64,000 nt of DNA, taken from Chiloscyllium plagiosum (lineage: Eukaryota). The notes under the pieces are model-generated. The model did not search any database. It was not told the DNA's origin and worked only from the letters and a program-made list of their open reading frames with translations. The translations under genes were made by a program, and so were the position numbers. The stretch covers positions 55,761,312 to 55,825,311 of the forward strand of contig NC_057725.1 of NCBI RefSeq assembly GCF_004010195.1, read 5' to 3'. This document shows positions 1 to 12,805 of the stretch, in pieces (positions within the stretch are counted from its first letter, which is position 1; every line of letters begins with the position of its first letter).

Positions 1-894
1 AATTCCAATAACAAGCAAAAACAAATGGCTGCTTGCCAGTGCAGCTGACTGCTACTTTAGCTGAGGATAAAGGACTGCATCCAATGACAAACCAAATAAC
101 TGCAGTGAACTAAAGCGTTCAAAATTCAATGTGATGTGAACTCTGACTGCATTTTTGCTGTCAAAACTAATGCTTGTTCTAACAAAGTAGCTCATAATGA
201 TATTCTAAAATATACTTTGATTTATTTATGATAAAGTTGCATAAGATTAAAGATGTTGTTAAAATTACAGGGCATGGCATGAAATCAGTTACTTTATTTA
301 CTGGACATGGGAATAATCAAACTTGATTCAGAACTGAAATTGTCACCTAGTCAGAAAATTGCTGTTCAATTCAACCTGCAGCATAGATTTAAACTGTTTG
401 AACTAGCTGTGATCATATACTACAATAATAAAATGTTGAACCTGTTTTACGTTGACCAGTGGTAACTCAGATGGAGTCTCCTTTTACACTTTGCCTCATG
501 GTCAGTTAGTAGGCGGTCTTACTGCGACCTTATTTAGTTTTAAGTTGCAGGAGAGCAGTGGCCATGAGCAGCTCCCTTTGCTCTGCCTAGCCAAATCTAT
601 ACTCCAATTCCTGGATTAAATAGGACTGGTATTGTAGCACAAATATGGGGACTAATTGCAAGGCCACCATTCTTTTGTAATTTGAATTGCAAGAGTTTAA
701 ACACTGTTGGTAGATAGTTTACCTCGACTCATTTGTGCTTAGTATTTAGCATTGTTTAACAACTTTCAAATTTTCTTTAAAACTCTTGAAATGTATTGCT
801 TTTCATTAGATGAGATGTACTAGATTGAATAGCTATATTTTGTATTGCAATAAATAAACACGCACATTAGTACTTATTCTATAAAGGTAAATGT

Positions 895-1113
895 AAAATT
901 TCCATAATCCTACTGGACCATAGGGCCATTTTCTCATTCAGGGGAGAGACAGAGATGACTGGTGATTGTTTAGACAGAGGGTCACAAAGCTTCAGACAAG
1001 GGCAGAGATTGAGGGGAGTCCTTCATAGCAACCTCAATGTGGGAATTGAGCCCATGCTGTTGTCATCACTCTGCATTGCAAACCAGCCATCCAGCCAAAT
1101 GAGCTAACTGACC
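895..1113 (-). mobile_element. Old tRNA-derived SINE
   Basis: Reverse strand starts GGGTCAGTTAGCTCATTTGGCTGGATGG (A-box-like) and has GGCTCAATTCCC (B-box-like). Confidence 0.55.
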
Positions 1114-1152
1114 CTGCTAATTCTGTAATGTCCATGCAAGGTCAGGTTTTGC

Positions 1153-3145
1153 AGTCAGAGTTATAGAGATGTACAGCATAGAAACAGACCCTTCGGTCCA
1201 ACCCGTCCATGCTGACCAGATATCCCAACCCAATCTAGTCCCATCTGCCAGCACCCGGCCCACATCCCTCCAAACCCTTCCTATTCATATACCCATCCAA
1301 ATGCCTCTTAAATGTTGCAATTGTACCAGCCTCCACCACTTCATCTGGCAGCATACACATACCACCCTCTGCGTGAAAAATTTGCCCATTAGGTCTCTTT
1401 TATATCTTTCCCCTCTCACCCTAAACCTATGCCCTCTAGTTCTGGACTCCCCCAACCCAGGGAAAAGACTTTGCCTATTTACCCTATCCATGCCCCTCAT
1501 AATTTTGTAAACCTCTATAAGGTCACCCCTCAGCTTCCGATGCTCCAGGGAAAACAGCCCCAGCCTGTTAAACCTCTCCCTATAGCTCACATCCTCCAAC
1601 CCTGGCAATATCCTTGTAAATCTTTTCTGAACCCTTTCAAGTTTCACAACATCTTTCCGATAGGAAGGAGACCAGAATTGCATGCAATATTCCAACAGTG
1701 GCCTAACCAATATCCTGTACAGCGCAACATGACCTCCCAACTCCTGTACTCAATAATCTGACCAATAAAGGAAAGCATACCAAACGCCACCTTCACTATC
1801 GTATCTACCTGCGACTTCACTTTCAAGGAACTATGAACCTGCACCCCGAGGTCTCTTTATTCAGCAACACTCCCTAGGACCTTACCATTAAGTGTATAAG
1901 TCCTGCTAAGATTTGCTTTCCCAAACTGCAGCACCTCGCATTTATCTGAATTAAACTCCATCTGCCACGTCTCAGCCCATTGGCCCATCTGGTCCAGATC
2001 CTGTTGTAATCTGAGGTAAAAAGGGAGAAAGTGAGGACTGCAGATGCTGGAGATCAGAGCTGAAAAATGTGTTGCTGGAAAAGTGCAGCAGGTAAAGCAG
2101 CATCCAAGGAGCAGGAGAATCGACGTTTCGGGGATAAGCCCTTCCTCAGTAATCTGAGGTAACCCTCTTCGCTGTCCACTACTCCTCCAATTTTGGTGCC
2201 ATCTGCAAACTTACTAACTGTACCTCTTATGCCTGCATCCAAATCATTTATGTAAATGACAAAAAGTAGAGGACCCAGCACCGATCCTTGTGGCACTCCT
2301 CTGGTCACAGGCCTCCAGTCTGAAAAACAACCTTCCACCACCACCCTCTGCCTTCTACCTTTGAGCCAGTTCTGTATCCAAATGGCTAGTTCCCCCTGTA
2401 TTCCATGAGATCTAACCTTGCTAATCAGTCTCCTATGGGGAACCTTGTCAAACGCCTTAATGAACTCCACATAGATCACATCTACTGCTCTGCCCTGATC
2501 AATCATCTTTGTTACTTCTTCAAAAAACTCAGTCAAGTTTGTGAGACAAGATTTCCCACACACACAGCCATATTGACTATCCCTAATCAGTCCTTGCCTT
2601 TCCAAATACATGTACATCCTGTCCCTCAGGAGTCCCTCCAACAACTTGCCCACCACCGAGGTAAGGCTCACTGATCTATAGTTCCCTGGTTTGTCTTTAC
2701 CAACCTTCTTAAACAGTGGCACCAACCACGTTTGCCAACCTCCTGTCTTCTGGCACCTTACCTGTGACTATCGATGATACAAATGTCTCAGCAAGAGGCC
2801 CAGCAATCACTTCTCTAGCTTCCCACAGAGTTCTCGGGTACACCTGATCAGGTGCTGGGGATTTATCCACCTTTACCTGTTTCAAGACATCCAGCATTTC
2901 CTCCTCAGTAATCTGGATGTTTTGCAAGATGTCACCATCTATTTCCCTACAGTCTATATCTTCTATATCCTTTTCCACAGTAAATAGGGATGCAAAACAT
3001 TCATTTAGTATCTCCCCCCTTTTCTGTGGCTCCACACAAAGGCAGCCTTGCTGATCTTTGAGCGGCCCTATTCTCTCCCGAGTTACCCTTTTGTCCTTAA
3101 AATATTTGTAAAAACCTTTTGGATTCTGCTTAATTCTATTTGCCA
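1153..3145 (-). mobile_element. 5'-truncated CR1-clade LINE (RT domain and 3' tail), decayed
   Basis: Minus-strand ORFs carry RT motifs PGNYRSVSLTS, KAFDKVPH, GVPQGSVLGPLLF, SKFADGTK and C-terminal LVRPLLEYC, RGDLIEVYK, TRGH. Frameshifted; interrupted at 2020-2148. Confidence 0.93.
2020..2148 (-). mobile_element. Short Penelope-derived terminal-repeat element (family A) with hammerhead core, inserted in CR1
   Basis: Perfect 14-bp direct repeat GTAATCTGAGGTAA at 2006-2019 and 2149-2162. Minus strand reads CTGAGGA-A-GGGC-TTAT-CCCC-GAAA-CGTC. Confidence 0.8.
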
Positions 3146-3591
3146 TCATTGGATAAGGTGTTCTATCTCCAAGCAAGTTAAAATCTTGATTATTTCCTCC
3201 TTCAGTTTTATGTATGAGGTTACAAGTAAGTCAGACGAGTGGCTGTCACCTGAATGGCGCTGTTTTGTCCAGACAATATGAAGTGCAAGTCTATAACTGG
3301 TATCTCATTAGCGCATAAACAATTATATTGGATATGCTCATTTAAGTCAGTGCATTCCCATTGAGTTAAGTGTTACTGTAGGAGATAATTGGCCATGTAT
3401 ATCATACAGACATGGGAATTTCTTACACTTTCCTGAGGCAGTGCATTTTAATCTTCTGAATGTGTCCTTAGTAATTGGGTTATAATTTTAAATTGATGCT
3501 AATAGCTAACATGCATTGCATACAAAGGTTATGTGTTAGTATCTCATATGGTAATATTTTTCAATAAAGCCAGAGTTTCATTTTATTTGAG

Positions 3592-3802
3592 GAGAAAGTG
3601 ACGACTGGAGATCAGAGCTGAAAATGTGTTGCTGGAAAAGCACAGCATGTCAGGCAGTATCCAAGGAGCAGGAGAATCGACGTTTTGGGCATGACCCCAA
3701 AGAAGGCTTCCTGAAGAAGGGCTCATGCCCGAAATGTCGATTCTCCAGCTCCTTGGATGCTGCCTGACCTGCTGTGCTTTTCCAGCAACACATTTTCAGC
3801 TC
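3592..3802. mobile_element. Fold-back family A Penelope-derived element
   Basis: Two inverted arms. Flanking repeats TTTCATTTTATTTGAG (3576-3591) and TTTCATTTCATTTGAG (3803-3818). + strand CTGAAGA-A-GGGC-TCAT-GCCC-GAAA-TGTC from 3711. Confidence 0.8.
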
Positions 3803-4097
3803 TTTCATTTCATTTGAGCTTGTTTTGATAGCAGCAGACATAACTGACAATACTCTATATAAATCTAACACTTTGACACCATTTCTTGTCCATTTATGGC
3901 TCTTCCTACCTTCCCCAACAGCTCCTTTTTGCCTGTGTCACTTTTTCTCTCTGGTCTTTTGCATTGTAATCCTCTCCCCCTACATTTCTAGCTCTTTTGT
4001 GTCACAATTACCCAGCCTTGTGTATTTCTGTTTGGCTAAATGCTCAGCTTGCTATGTGAGGATTAAGCAAATTGTGGTGAATCAGCTAAAAGGAAAA

Positions 4098-4222
4098 CAC
4101 TGATGCTGGAAATCTAAAATAAAAACACATGTCAGAGAAACTCAGCAGGTCCTTCAACATCCACAGAGAGAAAAAAAACCAAAGTTAATGTTTCAAGCCC
4201 AGGAAGACTCTTCTACGGAACT
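4098..4222 (-). mobile_element. Old, diverged Penelope-like terminal fragment
   Basis: GATGCTGGAAATC...CTCAGCAGGTC...CATCC...GTTAATGTTTC resembles the family A arm layout. Confidence 0.45.
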
Positions 4223-4540
4223 TTAATTCATGCTTTCCAGAAAATGGTTCCACCATCTCATTGTAGTCAGAAAGGTTTTCCATTCTCAGCATATACTTAT
4301 TGCTGGCAAACTTGGAAGAACCATCGTGGTTGTTTATAATGACTTCAAATGCATTTTTTCAATACATTATTTCAGAGCTAGTTCTGGATTATTAGTCCAG
4401 GTGTCTGTGATTACTACTCCAGAAGCAAAAGGCACTATCTATGATTTTCATTATTTTTGTTCTCCCCTGTCAATCAAGATTTCACAGCATTTTATTTTCT
4501 GTTCACCAAATGTGAATTTTGGGAAGTTCATTATCACATG

Positions 4541-4767
4541 ATGGAGGTGTTGGACTGGGGTGGACAAAGTTTTAAAAACTCACATAACACCAGGTTATAG
4601 TCCAACAGGTTTATTTGTAAGTACTAATTTTCAGCGTGCTGCTCCTTCATCAGGTAGCTGTGGATCAGGATCATAGACTTAGGATCGCTCCGAAAGCTAG
4701 TGCTTCCAACTAAACCTGTTGGACTATTACCTGGTAATGTGCGATTTTTTTTTTTTTTTTAAAAACT
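4541..4767. mobile_element. Fold-back family B Penelope-derived element
   Basis: Inverted arms CCAGGTTATAGTCCAACAGGTTTA and TAAACCTGTTGGACTATTACCTGG. 10-bp direct repeat TTATCACATG at 4531-4540 and 4768-4777. Partial hammerhead GCTCCGAAAGCTAGTG on +. Confidence 0.75.
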
Positions 4768-5947
4768 TTATCACATGGAAAAAGGATGGTGAAATGATTG
4801 ATGGGCTTTGGTAATCAGCATTTCTACACTTTAGCAGGAAAGTAAATGTTAGTTATTCAGTGACACTGCTCAAGCTTCTTCATCAGATTTCCACTAACAG
4901 CCACGTGGACAATGCCTCAAACCTTTAATCAGATATTACTGCTCAGAGTTTTCCAAACCTCAGGACAATGGTTCCAGCAGATCTCTTTTGAGCACATGGT
5001 TTGGGTCATCTCAATTTGGGACTTGTCTCTGCAGAACCTTTCTGTGAGGGATTCCTGATACTTGGAGTGAAGCTATTTACACTATAGGATGTTTGCACTG
5101 TGTATTAATTAAACTTTGAGCCTGGTTGTCGCTGCTTGGTACAGTTCAAATGAAGTATGCCATACAAAAAATACTCTTGTTGTAGTCTGACTTTGCACCA
5201 TCCTGGTAGTCATATGATAGAACAATTTTGGAAGTAACTGAAAACTTCATTCCTCACTAGATTCCCAAATATTCTTTGAAAATGAAGTGGCGAGTTTAGA
5301 GAGCTCACTGTTTGAAATGATAGTAACTTAAATCATTAACTAGGGACCTTGGTGTTACAAAAATGAAATACAGGACATAGCGGTCATCCCTGAGTCATAC
5401 TTTGGAGTGTTACACTGGTTCACGGAATAGTATCGTTCAGAAAAAGATCAATACCAGGTAAACATCCGGCAGTTCTTTCTCTGTTCCTGTGTTTGTTTGT
5501 GTTTTTGGGTTGCAAGTATGATTTTGATCACTTACCTCGAGTTGCTCAGGATTTGTTTTGTGCACTGGGTTTGTAAATATGGAGTTGACGTTTTAGGAGC
5601 TCGAGGTTAAAGTGACACCATGCTGAAATAACAGCACTTCATTATGTACACAAAAGGGTTCATGATAACACTGTGTCGTCAGTCTACTTAGCTGCTACGT
5701 ACATGCCTTGCAATTTCAGTGAATAGCGGAGCGTCATTAGTTTGAGGATTGTTATATGTAAACATTGTTGTTACGCTCGTGCACCTCTCTGCCTTTTCGA
5801 GCATGAAATGTCTCCAAGCTTTCTCAGTACAGAGCTCTTTTACATCCTGAGCTCATCTACAAAACCATCTCCTGCAGCAAAGCAGCACTTCAAAAGGTTG
5901 CACTAGTCATTGCCATTCTGAAGTGTTTTTGTTTTCACCCGCTCCTA

Positions 5948-6035
5948 ATTGGTAGGAAGTAATATATTGGTAGGAAGTAATATATTGGTAGGAAGTAATA
6001 TATTGGTAGGAAGTAATATATTGGTAGGAAGTAAT
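5948..6035. repeat. 18-bp minisatellite (ATTGGTAGGAAGTAATAT), about 4.9 copies
   Basis: Identical units start at 5948, 5966, 5984, 6002 and 6020. Confidence 0.97.
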
Positions 6036-6107
6036 GGACCTGGCAGCATCTTGCACAGGTGGCCAGTCTTTGTGACGTGAGATGAGGCAGATATTCGCAA
6101 GATATTT

Positions 6108-6439
6108 GGCGTGGCACGGTGGCTCAGTGGTTAGCACTGCTGCCTCACAGTGCCAGGCACCCGGGTTTGATTCCCACCTCGGATGACTGTCTGTGTGGAG
6201 TTTACACGTTCTCCCCGTGTCTGTGTGGGTTTCCGTCAGGTGCTCCGGTTTCCTCCCACAATCCAAAGATGTGCAGGTTAGGTGAATTGGACATGCTAAA
6301 TTGCCGGTAGTGTTAGGTGCATTAGTCAGGAGTAAATATAGGGTAGGGGAGTGAGTCTGGGTGGATTACTCTGCAAAGGGTCAGTGTGGACTTGTTGGGT
6401 CGAAGGGCCTGTTTCCAAATTGTAGGGAATCTAATCTAA
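6108..6439 (+). mobile_element. HE1-type V-SINE
   Basis: tRNA-like head GGTGGCTCAGTGGTTAGCACTGCTGCCTCACAG, central domain GTGGAGTTT...CTCCGGTTTCCTCCCACA, (TAATC)n tail. Confidence 0.85.
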
Positions 6440-7057
6440 GGTTTTCCAATATGGGGAAAGCTAATTGAGCCTGTGCTATTCACCTCTGAAATTGAAGCCA
6501 TACATTACCCAGTGGTGTGAAGTAGGAGCCCTGACCAGGTTTCGTTCCCTTTTCCCGCTGGGAAACATGCAGCTTATTTCTGAATTTAATCATAGAACTA
6601 ATTGGCAGTTTAGAAGTGTTTACTTTTTTTTTGTTAATGTCACTGACCAGGTAAAGCTGCACCCAGGTAAGTATATGAACATATTCGAAATAGGAGCCAT
6701 AAAACAGTCCCTTCATAAAACATGCCAGCCAATAATTTGTGATTGATTTGCCACTTCAGTTCATGTGTATGAATCTTGACAAAAAAAAGTTGCCATTCCT
6801 GAAACCAATATTAACAAATGGTGACCAGAGATAAATGGTGCAGTCTCCAATTCCTGACATAGTTATGGGTGAACACAATCTATCTCCTAAAGCTTATGTG
6901 GGATTGGACTCGATTGGAGGAAAAGATGTACTGCATTGTATCAAGATACTATGACCCTTCATTCTATTAAAGGCTGTACGAAATGGCCTTACAGTCATTG
7001 CTTGTGGTTTTTGTGTTAACTGTTTCCCTAACTTGCACTTCTTATTATTCTTTTCAG

Positions 7058-7267
7058 CGATATGTAGATGGAGGAATTACAGATAACTTACCTCAATATG
7101 AACTCAAAAACACAATTACAGTCTCCCCCTTTGCTGGAGAAAGTGACATCTGTCCTCATGATGGCTCCAACAATATGCATGAATTGAGAATAACCAATAC
7201 CAGCATCCAATTCAACCTGCAGAACCTGTACCGCCTTTCCAAGGCATTATTTCCTCCTGAAGCAGAG
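7058..7267 (+). CDS. PNPLA2: PNPLA2/ATGL-like coding exon (equivalent to human exon 5), contains the catalytic DGG motif
   Basis: Acceptor ttttcag|CGA, donor GAG|gtgaga; 210 nt, phase 0/0. Encodes [70 protein letters not shown], close to human [37 protein letters not shown]...[13 protein letters not shown]. Exons 1-4 were not found in the window. Confidence 0.95.
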
Positions 7268-7493
7268 GTGAGAACAAATAAATAAATAGACGAGGATGTT
7301 CATAGTTTTTTTTTGTTTTGAACCTACAAATGTTACTGAATGCAAATGAGCAAATTCTTACAAATAAGCTTCACTTATCCCAACCCCTCTGAATGAGAAC
7401 ACAGATTCTACAAGACATGAACAGTGTAGGGCGTAAGCTTGAACTTTTTTGTTCCAATAGCAATGTCTGCACTATTGCTAAGATCAGTAGGGT

Positions 7494-7835
7494 CTCTGGC
7501 CTGGCTGGTAGCGCAGAGGTGATGTCACTGGTCAAGTGATCCACAGGCTCAGTCTGATGTTTGAAGTATGTAAGTTCACATCTGACCGCTACACCTGGTG
7601 ATATCTAAATTCAATTGATCAGTCTGGAATATGAAGCTAGTCTCTGTAATGGTGGCTATGGAATGATTACTGAATTGATTTTTTTTTTTTTAAAGACACC
7701 ATCTTCTGGTTCACTAATGTCCTTTTTAGGGAAGGAATTCTGCCATCCTTGCAACACCTGTGTTACTACCCTGCTCCCTCAGTTCAAGGGGCAATTAGAT
7801 GTGGGCACCAATTGCTGGTCTTGTAAGGAAAGCTA
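7494..7835 (+). mobile_element. Old tRNA-derived SINE (second family)
   Basis: Degenerate A/B-box head and TCTGGTTCACTAATGTCCTTT...GGAAGGAATTCTGCCATCCTT core; related sequence recurs near 45050-45270. Confidence 0.5.
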
Positions 7836-8289
7836 AGATCCAAGGAGTGGATTAAAATTAAAATACAACGTCAGTTTGCCTACAGGCCCTGTTTCCTGAG
7901 GCCGAAGTTATTAGAGATAGTAATTTTATTCCAACGGAGCCTTGTGCATGTTCAGTTAATTCTCCGGTAATGTATTTAAGTATTGAGTGGGTATACATGA
8001 CCAAGAACATGATAGGTTCCTTACAAATGGCTTCCCTGTTCCAGATAAGTAGCCTACTTTCATGCAATGTGGTTCTGCTGAGTGTTTACTTCATACAAAC
8101 CCCTTAAAGGAAAAAGAATGTACCATTATGTAGAACAAAACATCCACAAAATGCACAAAGTGGTAAATAAAAATAACAGTGCACCATTTGGAAAGTATTT
8201 GGATAAATTCAAGTGTTGCAGGAGCAGAAAAAGAAATGGGGATGTTGAAATACGAGACTTGAGAGTGTACTCAGCATTTCAACACAGCC

Positions 8290-9560
8290 AGGACATACTT
8301 GGACTTGAAGTCTTACAGCATCCAGTTTCTTAGTGTTAGGTGAGTGAATCGAATTGGCTGTGCACTGCTTTCTGTGATGGTGGGGAAACTCATTGGGAGG
8401 CAGGAATGGATCACCCACTTGATGGGTTTAGAAAGGTCTGTCTTGTCTTTTAGAAACAAACACTGGATTCCCCCTTCATGGGAGTATTTACAGAATCTCC
8501 TTGTATTAGCTGTATAATTGACCTCTGCTATTCATGATTGAACGTGACAGGAATACAGAGCTTATCTGATCTGTTGGTTGTGGGATTGCCTCGCACTATA
8601 TAAAACAAACTGCTTTCAACGTTTAGAATGCATGCTCTGTATTTTGCATGCTCTTCATCAGGCTGGAACCTTACCTTTTGGGTATATTTGGTTCTGATCT
8701 TGACATGCTCTCTGACGTAGAAATCAGGGTTATTCTCCTGGTTTGATGATGGTAATGTGAGGGTTATGCCAAACCATAACATTTGTCAACTGTATTTGAA
8801 TATGACTCTGCTGCTCAGGATGAACAACATCCAATGATGCCCAACTTTGAGCGGTGAGATCAGTTCTGAAGCTCTCTATACGTTGCATTTGGAAAGGTCA
8901 CACAGCGTCATGGAGGGTGGCCTCAGTATGCAAATGGGACATTATTTCCATAAGACTTTGCAGAGATGACTCTGACCAAAACTTCATGACCAGATGCATG
9001 TACTGCAGGGAGATTACAGGGAATGATACCAGGTTGGATTATCATGTGAGCCAACTCCTGCAGACCTAGTGTGTCCTTCAGGATTTGGTGAGCATTGGCA
9101 GAATACGGTCACACTTGATGGTGGGTATTGAAAACTCCAACTCAAACTACATTCTATATCTTTGTCCTTTTGCTTCTTCTAAGTGATGTTCGACTTGGAG
9201 GAGCATTAACATAACAGCTGAGTGAGGTCAGTTGGTGGTAATCAGCATGGTTTCCTTTTGACCTGAGGCTATGAGCCTTTGTGAGGTCCATTGTTGAGTT
9301 CCCCCCCGGCTATACCTTCCTTGCTGGATACCAGTGACACCACATCTGATGGATCTGTCCTCCCTTTGAGACAGGCTGGGCACATGGATCATGGGATGTT
9401 GGCTGAGAGGTATGATCCTGCAAATATGACTGTCAAACTGTGTGGCTGGACAGTCCTCTAATCTTGGCACAGATTTCCAGGTAGGGGAGGAGGAGGAGGA
9501 GGAGGACTTTGTGGGATTGACTGAACAGGTAGTGCTTTTGTTGCATCCAATATCAGGGGA
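8290..9560 (-). mobile_element. Heavily decayed LINE fragments (endonuclease/RT remnants)
   Basis: Minus-strand remnant PSLSQREDRSIRCGV resembles the APE-domain R.DR...GGGV motif; many stops. Confidence 0.4.
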
Positions 9561-10871
9561 TGTTCAAGAACTAACTGCTTTGGCATGGGGTGGAGTCACA
9601 TACAGTTCAGACCAGGTAAGGGCAGCAGATTTCCATACCTAAGGATCACCAGTAAACCGGAAGAGTTTTTACGACAATCTGATTACACCAGCCTTTTGAT
9701 TCTAGATGTATTTAATTCACTGCTTGAGGTCAACCTAGCTCCATGGTGGGATTTAAACTCCCATTAACAAAACTAGTTCGTCCAGGCCTCAGGATTATAA
9801 ATCCAGTAACGTATCCGCCAGTGCTTTGAATTCTCGGAGCATTAGATACTTGGAGTATTGAGCTCTGATTAAAAAGCATGTGATAAACTACTTGGGATGT
9901 TTGAAAACTGTTAACATTTTATAACCCTGCACATTTGGTAACATGGGAATCATTGGAAGGAAGTTATTTTTTAATTCCTTCGGGAGATACAGGCTGCGCT
10001 GGCTTGACCATAATCTATTTCTCATCCCTGGCTGCTCTTAAGGTGGTGCTACGCTCCCTCCTCGAATTTCTTCTGTCCACTTGATGTAGGTACACCCACA
10101 ATGCATGAGGAGTCATCTGGCTCAATTAAACTATACCTTCTCAAAACCTCAAGAGTTGAAGAGTGCATGAAACACGTTTTAGTCTATATATATGTTGATG
10201 TTAGAGTTGTCATCCTCACTCTGGAAAGAATCCCCATCCCCTTTATTTTTTTCAGAACCATCACTTGCCAATATAGCAAACAGGTAGTGCATTGTACCCA
10301 AAATCCGGGACCTTCATTTGCAAAATCCACTGCAGAATCTCCGTTATCTTGAGCAGGTGAACATCTAAGATTTGGTTTGCATGAACTAGATGGATTGTCT
10401 CCTGATCACACCCCAAGGTATAAATTTATAAAGGGAGTATATGGTTGGGATAAGCTTTCCATTGAAACAGATAATGTTGCACAGTTCCTACTTTTATCCT
10501 TAAGAATTGCTATAGTCAGGCTGGTTTCAGTTCTACAAGTGGGTTTTTGATGTCAGGATACAAATTAACCAGAGGCCTGACTACTCTTCAGCAAATTTGA
10601 AGAGGCTGATGCAACACCAAGAGATATAAAAGTACATTGGGAACTCTGATTAAGGTGGACAAACATTCATTCGCATATGTACTTTACATGAAGTATACGT
10701 ACTGTCATGCTATGAAAACGTGTATAATTAAATTTCACCGAACATTCCACAACGGACATATTTAGAACAGTACTTGAGGAGTAAGTGAATACTTCAGTGT
10801 AAAATTAGCAATTGATTTGTCGAAATGAAATACAGATCCATTCACTTGATATGATTGATTCCATTTGGTAG

Positions 10872-10932
10872 GTGATGCGGAATATGTGCAAACAGGGATA
10901 CAGTGATGCACTGGACTTCCTCAAGAAGAATG
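10872..10932 (+). CDS. PNPLA2: PNPLA2-like coding exon (equivalent to exon 6)
   Basis: ggtag|GTG...AAT G|gtgagt; 61 nt, phase 0/1. VMRNMCKQGYSDALDFLKKN resembles human [20 protein letters not shown]. Confidence 0.93.
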
Positions 10933-11093
10933 GTGAGTGTGTTTACCTATATCATCCAGTTTTTAAAGGACACATTTTTTTTTGTCTCTAAGTCTGTGAG
11001 AATGATGGTCTATAAAATTGTATCTAATTAACCAAGCCTGTCACAATCGTTGAATGTCCTGGTGAGTTAAATAAGATTCATTGCGATTCATTA

Positions 11094-11428
11094 ATGGCTC
11101 AATGGTTAGCACTGCTGCCTCAGTGCCAGGGACACAGGTTTGATTCCAGCCCCTGGCAACTGTCTATGTGAAGTTTGCACATTCTCCGTGTCTGCATGGG
11201 TTTCCTCTGGTATCCTCCCACAGTCCAAAATATGCAGCTCAGTTGAATTGGCTGGCTATGTTAAATTGCCCATAGCGTTTCAGGACATGTAGGTGAGTGC
11301 ATTGGTCTGGGGTAAATATGGAATTATAGGGTAGGGGAATGGACTGGGTGGGACATACTACGGAATGTCAGTGTGGACTTGTTGGGCCAAAGGGCCTGTT
11401 TTCCACACTGTAGGGATGCTATGGAATC
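11094..11428 (+). mobile_element. HE1-type V-SINE
   Basis: Same head, core and tail as the 6108 copy. Confidence 0.85.
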
Positions 11429-12487
11429 AGGATGGTGTGTGGCTTAGAGGGGAAACTGCAAATGGTGGCATCCCTGTGCATCTGCTGCCTTTATCCTTCT
11501 AGATGGGAGAGGTTAGTGGTTTAGGAGGTACTGCTGACAGAGCCTGGGAGGGTTGCTACAATGCATCTTGTAGATGGAACATATTGCAGCCACCCAGTAC
11601 ATCCGTAGTGATGGGAATGAATATTCAAGTTCGTCAATGAGTGACAAACAAACTGATTCCTCTTATCCTGGTCAAGTTTGTTGTATTGTTGGACTACATC
11701 TATCCAGGCAAAAAGGAAGGTAATGCCATGGAATGTCACAGAGAGATGATTAGCTTCTATCTTGTTGGAGAGATCATATTATGGTTGTCACATATTTCAC
11801 CAGTACCGCCATTGCAACTTCGGATTCTGGCATTAAAAAGGAAAAATTATACTCTTGTTGCAAACTTTCAAAGTGCTTGAGTGGAAGTTTCATTTTAACC
11901 ACTGTTACTGGATAAAATGGCATTTATGTATCAGGAAACAAATATCACACTGACTTAGCTTTGATTGTCTACAGTATTATTGTAAAAATAACCTGACGTT
12001 AATTGTAGTCTTATTAGGTTCACACTGGGTGACTTGGCTTCAGATTATAAACAGAGAAGATAGAAAAGAAGGCACCCCTGCAGGGGAAGGGCAATATGAT
12101 TTCACATTTAAGGCTGCCTCCAATTTATGGCATTGATGTTATTCATGAATAGCCTTGATAACTCTCATACCTGCCAACTAAGGATCATAATGTGGACTTC
12201 TGGGAAGTGAAAGAGGGGTGAAAGATTGTGCTTATCAGAATAATGAGGCTTTTTCAACTTATTTTTATTTTATATATGTACAGTACTGTTTCCAGATTGA
12301 TTTTTTTATGCCACCCTGTGGTGATGCTAAGCAACAACACTTCAAAGCCATTCTGGTAAAAATCACAGAACACCAGGTTACAGTCCAACAGACTTATGTA
12401 GAAGTATTTCCAAATGCTGTATTTTTTTGCTGTTTTCTGTTTCAATGGGACTTTATTAAAATAAATTTTAGCAAAGCAATTTACTAC

Positions 12488-12762
12488 CGGGTTCAATTCC
12501 CGCCTCAGGCGACTCTCTGTGTGGAGTTTGCACATTCTCCCCGTGGCTGCGTGGGTTTCCTCCGGGTGCTCCGGTTTCCTCCCACAATCCAAAAATGTGC
12601 AAGTTAGGTGAATTGGCCATGCTAAATTGCCCGTAGTGTTAGGTGAAGGGGTAAACGTAGGAGTATGGGTCTGGGTGGTATACGCTTCGGCGGGTCAGTG
12701 TGGACTTGTTGGGCCGAAGGGCCTATTTCCACACTGTAAGTAATCTAATCTAATCTAATCTA
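12488..12762 (+). mobile_element. HE1-type V-SINE, 5'-truncated, young
   Basis: CpGs retained; (TAATC)x4 tail. Confidence 0.88.
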
Positions 12763-12805
12763 CTATGCTGTGCACTGCAACTGTATTTACAAGTCAAAGC
12801 TATAA

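Noticed and set aside
1169-3176. Host protein genes from the long ORFs
   Set aside because: All are frames or antisense frames of a decayed CR1 ORF2.
3592-3802. pre-miRNA or classical MITE
   Set aside because: It is a dispersed repeat with variable inversion points, variable-length flanking repeats and linkage to GIY-YIG fragments, which fits a Penelope origin better.
5948-6035. CRISPR array or repeat protein (ITSYQY)n
   Set aside because: The units are contiguous with no spacers, the context is eukaryotic, and the ORF starts in an antisense SINE.
1-7057. PNPLA2 exon 4 (expected CS.FIP.YCG.IPP motif)
   Set aside because: No matching sequence found; it presumably lies upstream of the window.
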